Assembly: GCA_024626585.2 (NCBI GenBank)
Contig: JANKJI020000002.1
Coordinates: 229,845,549 to 229,862,887 of the forward strand
Source: Ginkgo biloba
Lineage: Eukaryota > Plantae > Ginkgophyta
Direction of reading: 5' to 3'
Length of the DNA stretch: 17,339 nt
Shown here: positions 10,690 through 17,339 of the stretch, piece by piece
Layout of the letters: each line of letters begins with the position of its first letter
Position numbering within the stretch: the stretch's first letter is position 1
Program-made: the position numbers and the translations under genes
Notes under the pieces: model-generated
What the model was told of the DNA's origin: nothing
The model's database searches: none
The model's input: the letters and a program-made list of their open reading frames with translations, nothing else

Positions 10690-12200
10690 TTATAGATTTG
10701 TATCTCATATGCAAAGGATTCTCATCCATTAGCAACATTCAAGAGGATTTCCATTTCATTATTGCAATTGTTCAACTAGTTCAAGTGATTTCACTTATTT
10801 TTTTCTTGATTTGCATACTTTACCAATATCATGAATGTTTTCCCATCATCACTAAGTGGATGGCTATTGAGAGAGTGTTGTTTGTAGGTTGGATTTATTA
10901 GAGTTACCATTGGTAGGATTCTAAATTGGTTTGGTGGCCCACTACTATTAGAAGATGGTTTTGGATTTATCAGTGCTTATTGAATTCCAAAGAAACTTGC
11001 TTGGCCAATTTTGTTTGTGGGACCACAAGTAGAAAATGGGTTAAAAGGTAGGTAAGTTATTATCCTTGAAGTTGAATCTCCACCTAATATATTAAATGGG
11101 TTGGGGTTAGCACTAGGAACTACTTGGCTTCTTGCCAAATTCCCCATGTTTAGACAACTACCATTAGTTCTGAAGGGTTTTTGTGGCTTAGATCCTTTAG
11201 GGTTTCCTTTAGAGGTACTCAATTTTTCATATGTATCCATCACAGAAGATTTTATATATAATGGATTTTTATGTGTGTTGAATGGTGTTCGCATTCATTT
11301 TAATATCTTGTCGGGTTCAGAGTTTTCGAAAACTATATCATCGGTGTCTCTCGGAAAATCTTCTTCTGTAAGGCATTGTAATGGTTGCTCTTTTCGGTCA
11401 TTCAACATCAAATTATGAAGTCCCTCTAAGATCGGTTCTGAGAAGTCGTTCCTTGTACTAGTATCAGGTTAGTGCTTGGTTGAGTATCTGTTGATGCTTG
11501 TTTTCAGTCTGTAGTTCATCAACCTATCCTTCTGTATCTTTAATGGAACCTTCTTGCGATTGCTTCTTGAGCTTTGTGAACAACATTTTAATGGCTTTTG
11601 ATTGGATATCAAAGACTAGGGGCCTCCTCCTTCTCTGACATTGGGTTTTAGGCGTTTGCCATGTACATGTTGTATCTAAATCTGTGTTTTTTGGAGGTTG
11701 TTCCTCATGACCTTCTATGTTGGATTTTTCCACTTGGTTTCGATCACTAGGTATCTACTCTTTTGTTGTTTCATGTGGCATTCCAAATTTTTCATCCTTA
11801 AGGTTGTGGTATGTCAGTTCAGAGGCTTCTTCTTGGTTTTTGCTAGTTGTGCTCTCCACATTTGCGGTTTCTGGATGTAGTGCTTGGTTATTTGCCTAAG
11901 CGATTTCGTTCGATGAATCGCTAACATGGTTGCTTTCGTCTCAGGTAGTTTCATTATTCACTTGAAGGGACATGCCTTTTAAGTTTCGACTCCGGGTGTG
12001 ATGTCTCCATCGGTTACTCCTAGAGTCGTGTTATCCTTCTGCTTATTGCTCATTCAACGTGTATATTTGAGTTTAAGTTCTACTGCCATGTTTTTGGCAG
12101 TCTCCTTCCAGCTTGCTCCTACTCCTTCGTCTAGCGAGCGATCCTCTCAACACGAGATTCCAATTGTATTGGCTTAACCTTCTGTTGAGCCTGTCGCAGC
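10690..12200 (-). pseudogene. Long decayed low-complexity ORF, probably the N-terminal region of a Gypsy (possibly Athila/Tat) gag
   Basis: Reading through TAG/TGA stops links LRQAQQKVKPIQLESRVERIAR*... to track ORFs 11524-11733 and 10977-11294 and on to ~10690, with a few frameshifts. VKPIQLESRVERIAR loosely recalls the Athila gag-start motif (LxxxDPEIERTxR). No core domain is seen. Confidence 0.4.
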
Positions 12201-12201
12201 A

Positions 12202-12450
12202 TGTGGAGACCCNNNNNNNNNNNNNNNNNNNNNNNNNNNNNNNNNNNNNNNNNNNNNNNNNNNNNNNNNNNNNNNNNNNNNNNNNNNNNNNNNNNNNNNN
12301 NNNNNNNNNNNNGGCCTTAGAATGCCATTCATCATCCTCTTAAATGTGACTAGGGCATCAGCGAGTCCCAAAAGGCATGACGAACCACTCATATAGCCCA
12401 AATTTAGTTTTCAATACGGTCTCTTAGATATCTTAAGGATGGATCCTCAC
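12202..12450 (+). mobile_element. LTR-like segment spanning a gap, followed by a degenerate tRNA-Met PBS
   Basis: Begins TGTGGAGACCC and ends GGATCCTCAC (imperfect inverted termini). TGGTATCTAGA at 12455-12465 resembles TGGTATCAGAGC. Continuity across the 100-N gap is unproven. Confidence 0.35.
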
Positions 12451-12636
12451 TTGATGGTATCTAGATTTTAAGTCTATTCAGCTAAATATCCTTGCTCCTT
12501 GTAGTTAATCTATGAGATCATCTATTATTGCCGAGGGGTATCTATTCTTGATAGTCAACTTATTAAGAACCCTATAATCACAACATAATCTCCAAGTTCC
12601 ATCTTTTTTAGGAAGTAGGAGTACAGGTGAGCCACA

Positions 12637-12654
12637 AGGTATTAGAGCCAAGGT
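12637..12654 (+). other. Primer-binding site, initiator tRNA-Met
   Basis: AGGTATTAGAGCCAAGGT versus canonical TGGTATCAGAGCCAGGTT, directly after ...CCACA and 70-85 bp upstream of the gag start. Confidence 0.7.
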
Positions 12655-12721
12655 CCTTCTCTCTAAATTTCTTTGGCATAGCTAATTGTTGTCTTCTTTT
12701 TTTGTTCTCTGGAGGGACAAC

Positions 12722-13232
12722 ATGGGACCAAGGAAGGACACAGTTGCAAGTCCATTCTCTCAAATTAATACTACAAAGATTCAACAACCAATTTTACAAC
12801 AACAAACCAACATCCAACAATAGTAACAAATGCACCAAATGCACCAAATGATGTTGCAGTAGTAGCAAAGGATGGCAGAAGAAACACAAGAAAGAGAAGA
12901 GAGATTGACAAGGAAGCATGAAAACTTATTGGACCTCATCCAAAATATGCAAGTCAACATGCCACTATTTATTCAACAAGTTGCTCCTCAAATGCAAGCT
13001 CCAACTCTAGATGTCAAAGTTCATACTAAGCTTGTAATTAAACCTTATAATGGCTTGATGGATGCTAAAGTCATAGATGATTGGATTAGAGAATTTAGAA
13101 GTATATTTTGATATACAAAACTATGATGAAGCACCAAAGCTAAGGTTTGCTAAAATAAACTTCTCTAGCGATGGCCTAATATGGTGGGAAGCATGTTGTT
13201 CCTCCCACATTGCCAATGGAAATCCACCCATT
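12722..13232 (+). pseudogene. gag: Ty3/Gypsy (chromovirus-like) gag, truncated pseudogene
   Basis: ATG 12722 gives MGPRKDT...QQPILQQQTNIQQ**QMHQMHQMMLQ**QRMAEE, in frame with track ORF 12872. Then IKPYNGLMDAKVIDDWI / frameshift ~13085 / ENLEVYFDIQNYDEAPKLRFAKINFSSDGLIWWE, matching the retrotransposon gag consensus PxFxGxxDxxxxxxWIxxxExYF...KxxFAxxxLxxxAxxWW. Cut off at ~13232. Confidence 0.8.
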
Positions 13233-13264
13233 TTCGTTCCACCCGAAAGCGAGGGCGTCATTGA

Positions 13265-13520
13265 ACTCTGGGATACCATGACACGCGACTCAGTTTGAGA
13301 ACCCATTAAACCTTTAAAACAAACTGATCTTTAACCCTGATGGACTTTACCAATACTAACTCCCCTCCTCTTTAAGGCGCTATAAGCATATAATGCCAGT
13401 ACATATACCAATGCTAAATACCCCAAATCATTAAGTACATCCAAGCTCTCGCAGTCATTATGTCCTTGTATCAAATCTCTAATTACTGTTTCCAGTAATC
13501 CTTAAATCCCCTCAACCACC
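13265..13520 (-). mobile_element. Minus-strand LTR end plus tRNA-Met PBS-like site, facing the gag
   Basis: Minus strand ...CGCGTGTCA|TGGTATCCCAGAGT: LTR CA end at 13279, then PBS 13278-13265 with a 2-nt insertion relative to TGGTATCAGAGC. The LTR runs into the gap at 13521. Confidence 0.55.
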
Positions 13521-13626
13521 NNNNNNNNNNNNNNNNNNNNNNNNNNNNNNNNNNNNNNNNNNNNNNNNNNNNNNNNNNNNNNNNNNNNNNNNNNNNNNNN
13601 NNNNNNNNNNNNNNNNNNNNCCAACA

Positions 13627-13638
13627 TGGTGTTAGAGC
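13627..13638 (+). other. Primer-binding site, initiator tRNA-Met
   Basis: TGGTGTTAGAGC matches TGGTATCAGAGC at 10/12 (two transitions), directly after the LTR end AACA. Confidence 0.7.
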
Positions 13639-15519
13639 AAACCTACATGTAAATAAAGTTTTGTTGTGAAATTTTGTTTTGCATAGTTTTCAAGACTACC
13701 CTTGAATGCCTAGAAGAAACCCTTGTTAAACAAAATCGGGATGCATAGAGGTTTGAAGCAACGGTGAAGGAGGCAGATTCATGGGAGAATCGAGGGCAAT
13801 TTTAGTGAAGGAAGGTTCAAAGCCTTAGGGTTCTCAAATTCCAAAGGGGAGTAGAACGCCATGTTTAAACTTGTTAGGGTTCAAATGCCACAAAATTGCT
13901 GTTGAGTAGACTGGGTGCACATGAACGCGTGACAGACAGGCTGTAAGTCGGAAGAGGGAAGGCCGTTGTAGGGAAAAATGTGGAAGGCGGGAGATGCCAA
14001 GACCTGTGAGGTTGGAGACGAAAGAACAGTGAGATGAGAAACTGCCACGAATTTGTTGTGAGTAGGTGATGATATTGAAGGCCGTGCGACTGTTACCCCC
14101 GCCGCTTGAACAAAGGCGGGATGTAGGCAGACACTTGGAGGATTGGAGGAACATAGGCGACACCACTGAGCAGAATCGTTGAACAAGAAACGCGTCGATC
14201 AAAGAATGCCCGAATGCTAGTAGCAATGGAAGGAGATGCGACCCTTAACGAAGACAAAGAGTCTGTAGTAGGAGAAAGTCAAAGAATGCCAAACGGAAGA
14301 GAAATAAAGAACGCTGATGCAAGATCAAAATCAAATCGAGCAAAAAATATCGATCGTAGGGCGGTTGAATCGGGCGCGTAGGATTGATAGTTTTCAAAAA
14401 AAGAAAATGCAAACTTTTATTGAGTTACACCTTCAAAATAAAAAATTATCAAAAAGGTGCTAATTTTTTAAAAATTAGGGTCATATTAAATTAATAATAT
14501 CACAAGGAAAGAGCAAAAGGGGATGAAAGGCATTTTGTGAATTTTAAGACACTTTTTTGACATTTTAAAGCCAAAATTTTATCAAAATGATCAAAGATGT
14601 CATGGCTAGATGTGACGAAGACTCTAGGTGGTTGAAATGTAATGTAAGGTTCCCAAAATAACAAGTTTTTGTAATGGCTCAGATCCTGCTTGTACATCAG
14701 GGATGAGCATAGTTAATGTTGAAGGATGAAGTTTTGTTTTGATTAGCTACTTAAAGGTAGCCTATATGGCAGGCCTCCTAGAAGATGGCACATTGAAGAG
14801 TTATTCATATGATGGTTGTCTATGGGAGTTCAGTATCAAGTTGTAGATTCGAATTTTAGTATGAGAGTGATAATAAACCATTTGAGGAACACCATTGGAG
14901 AGTTCTAGAGGATAGGAGGAGAGGAGTAGTGAGTGAGTTGTAGATTGACAGTTTGTTGAAAAATTGTGAATATTTGCAAAGGTTGAGTGTGTTGCAAACT
15001 ATGTTTGAAGGTCGATGCATTCGGTTTTGTTGTTGGCTCATGTTAGGAGACATAAAATTGTAGAAGTTGGTCTGCAAGGATATTCATGTCGTGCCCTGGT
15101 AGCCACATGTCGAGATACAAAACACGCAAATGGAGGTGGCCATAGCCCCAGGGTGGGGATTTCCACAAAGATTATGCAAACTGAATTTGTTCTCATTGTC
15201 AAGATAATCATTTGATGATATGGCATGTATCTAGGCTACTTTCCTATAGAACCAACAAGCATTGTGGCTAGTTACCTAGATGTCTTAGTGGTTAGCCCAT
15301 ATGCAATCGTGAAATCAATTTTATGGACATGGGATATGCATTGTTGTTGATATGATGCATGGCAGTCTATTAAATATGTAAATATAAATGGGTACCTTCT
15401 AAGTTGTTAGACCCAAAGTGGCAGGCATGACCCGTGTTGANNNNNNNNNNNNNNNNNNNNNNNNNNNNNNNNNGATCTTAGGTAAGGCCAACACCTTATT
15501 GTGAGCCCTAATCAACATT

Positions 15520-15528
15520 AAGCGGGGG
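15520..15528 (+). other. Polypurine tract of the Copia-like element
   Basis: AAGCGGGGG immediately 5' of TGTTAG (LTR start at 15529). Confidence 0.7.
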
Positions 15529-15568
15529 TGTTAGAATAAAATGTTGTTAATGGTCACATTAATTAGTA

Positions 15569-15768
15569 GTTCCTCTTGGCTTGAATGCCTCTTGCCTTGA
15601 ATGGCACCTTGCTAATAATAACATTCGATTGCTTTATGGGGATTGTTCCTCTTGCCTTCAATGCCTTGAATGGTGCCTTGTTAAAAATAACATTCTACTG
15701 CCTTATGGAGATTGTTCCTCTTGCCTTGAATGCCTTGAATGGTGCCTTGCTAAAAATAACATTCGATT
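15569..15768 (+). repeat. 69-bp tandem repeat, ~2.8 copies, in the U3 region of the LTR
   Basis: GTTCCTCTTG starts at 15569, 15645 and 15714 (unit lengths 76 and 69). The units share TGCCTTGAATGG..CCTTG.TAA.AATAACATTC and contain GCCTTGAAT sub-repeats. Confidence 0.9.
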
Positions 15769-16037
15769 AAAAAAATTAGGTACATCGTTCACTGGATTTG
15801 TGTGCACCGTTCATTGTTGTTCTCTGGACTTAAACGAACGCAAACCATGGTTCATTGAACATGGATGAACGTAGACCACTGCTCGTTGTACAACCAGACA
15901 GCCATTCATTAAATAATTATCACCATTTGCTAAACACNNNNNNNNNNNNNNNNNNNNNNNNNNNNNNNNNNNNNNNNNNNNNNNNNNNNNNNNNNNNNNN
16001 NNNNNNNNNNNNNNNNNNNNNNNNNNNNNNNNNNNNN

Positions 16038-16803
16038 CATGGAGCCAAACAACGATCAAAGAAGCGATGTGGAGCCACTTGATGCGTCATAACTAGGAAA
16101 GACACCATGAGATAGACCCAGGACATGTCTTCGTGAGCTGGCCAGGAAATGGTTTCATAAGCGAGAACTAGGAAGTTAGAAAAGGCTCAGGGACCTCTTT
16201 GCAGCCAAGAACCATTTGAAGAGCAACGACTCCACGTGTATCAAATAGGGAGCAAGTTCATGGACCTGGAAGTGACTTCATCGAGGGAGCCAAACAATAG
16301 GACCAGGACTTGGTGGGACTGGCAAAGACCTATGTGAGCCAAGTGATGAGGATGAGCCATGGAGATGCTCCCTGGACGTTTCTATGTAGCTGGTGGGACC
16401 AAGGAGCCACTTTGCTACTAGGGAGCTAATGTTCAAGGGCCCAGGAAACAACTTCAAAGGCAGGGACCAAGGAGGTAACGTGGGACACCCAAAGGGCGAT
16501 CTCCCTGGTAGAACCATAGAGATGATGTGACTGCCAAGGAACTCCTTCATAAACTGAGACTAAGGAAACAATGATAAGGGACCGTCAACCATGTGACAAA
16601 GTAAAATTGAGGAAGCTGCATCCTAGTGGGACCCGAAAATTATGATATAAGCCAAACAAAGACCGAGAAACGATTTCACAGGCAATATAAACCATGGAAC
16701 TTCTTCATACCTAGTGAGGCCTTCGATGTTTGAACCAACGGGTGTCTAACTCAGGAAGGAATGATGCCACCCTAGCCCTAGCTTTGTCTATGCATGACCC
16801 ACA
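16038..16803. mobile_element. GC-richer LTR-like fragment ending at a CA/TG terminus
   Basis: Dispersed short repeats (GGAGCCAAACAA x2, GGTGGGAC x2, GGGACCAAGGAG x2). Ends ...GCATGACCCACA at 16803 with a compositional shift. No PBS or PPT is adjacent. Confidence 0.35.
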
Positions 16804-17339
16804 ATGCAGTATTTCATTTGTCCACCACTTCAACAGTTACAAAAGCAAGCCATTCCATGCAAAGATGATCGCTACATTCAATTAGCCAACTGTCAAGAGG
16901 TTCAAGAAACAATTACCAAAGGGTCTCTTGTGGAGGAAATCATAAAAGGGAAAAAACTGGTCATTCTTCAAGCTCTTCATCTTTTTAGCTAACAAGGATC
17001 TAGGAGGGGGGTGGCTCTTCTCTTCTGGTCTGGGCTCTTTTCCCTCCTCTTGAAGGGAAAGAAACTAAAGGGTTTTAGATTTCTGGCTATGGGTTTTTTA
17101 TTCTGATCTCAAATGTTGTAGCCTGTGAAAGGGCATTATGTTTTAATGTTTCTGGAAGATGAATCCCAAGTGGGAGTTGTTTTGTTCAAGCCATTTAATG
17201 AAAACCGAATTTCCCAAGTTTATGTTTCTGGCAAGGTCGTGATGTAAGCGTTGGAATGGTTGTTTTCCATCATTAATTCTACAACAGTATTTCTTTTAAT
17301 AGTCATTTGGTTATCCCATTGAGTTTTGAAAGTAAGCAG

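Larger units (their letters stand above)
13621..15937 (+). mobile_element. Non-autonomous Copia-like LTR element (5' LTR tip, PBS, ~1.9 kb internal region without gag-pol, PPT, 3' LTR)
   Basis: CCAACA|TGGTGTTAGAGC at 13621-13638 and ATTAAGCGGGGG|TGTTAGAA at 15517-15536. TGTT...AACA termini are typical of Copia. No gag/PR/IN/RT motifs were recognised between them, and the only internal gap is 33 N. Confidence 0.65.

Noticed and set aside
11101-11418. 105-aa + strand ORF
   Set aside because: Antisense shadow of the minus-strand gag-like relic.
13482-13499. Perfect hairpin ATTACTG-tttc-CAGTAAT (GAAA loop on the minus strand)
   Set aside because: A 7-bp AT-rich stem is expected by chance in 17 kb, and there is no ribozyme core or terminator context.
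13834-14226. 130-aa and 101-aa minus-strand ORFs
   Set aside because: Antisense to the GC-rich leader of the Copia-like element. No domain motifs, and openness is explained by GC content.
15569-15768. Repeat array as a CRISPR
   Set aside because: Units are contiguous with no unique spacers, the context is a eukaryotic TE and there are no cas genes.
15581-15868. Cys-rich 95-aa ORF (CSSCLQCLEWC repeats) suggesting a metallothionein or Zn-binding protein
   Set aside because: It is a translation of the 69-bp LTR tandem repeat, has a non-ATG start and lies in LTR U3.

Overview
AT-rich, gap-ridden eukaryotic scaffold with ten N-runs, seven of them exactly 100 N and therefore probably of unknown size. 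I find no intact host gene, RNA gene or CRISPR array. It reads as a nested, methylation-decayed transposon graveyard from a large plant genome; the motifs look gymnosperm-like, which is an inference. Hand translation through stops and frameshifts recovers much that the ORF track misses: (i) a FAR1/MULE-type transposase relic (+, ~4734-5870) convergent with a plant mobile domain (PMD) relic (-, ~6115-7014), probably one ancient Mutator-like element carrying a PMD gene; (ii) a second, different-looking PMD relic (-, ~9150-9700) antisense and just upstream of a PPT and 3' LTR, as in Tat/Ogre-type Gypsy elements; (iii) a Gypsy gag pseudogene with a Gln-rich N-terminus behind a tRNA-Met PBS (12637-13232); (iv) a short, apparently non-autonomous Copia-like element (PBS 13627, PPT/LTR 15520-15529) with a 69-bp tandem array in its LTR; (v) a tRNA-Asp PBS/LTR junction, low-complexity gag-like relics and several LTR fragments. 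All protein calls are by-eye motif matches and need HMM confirmation. I cannot support a demonstrably new functional system. The MULE+PMD cassette and a speculative hammerhead-like LTR relic are the best leads.
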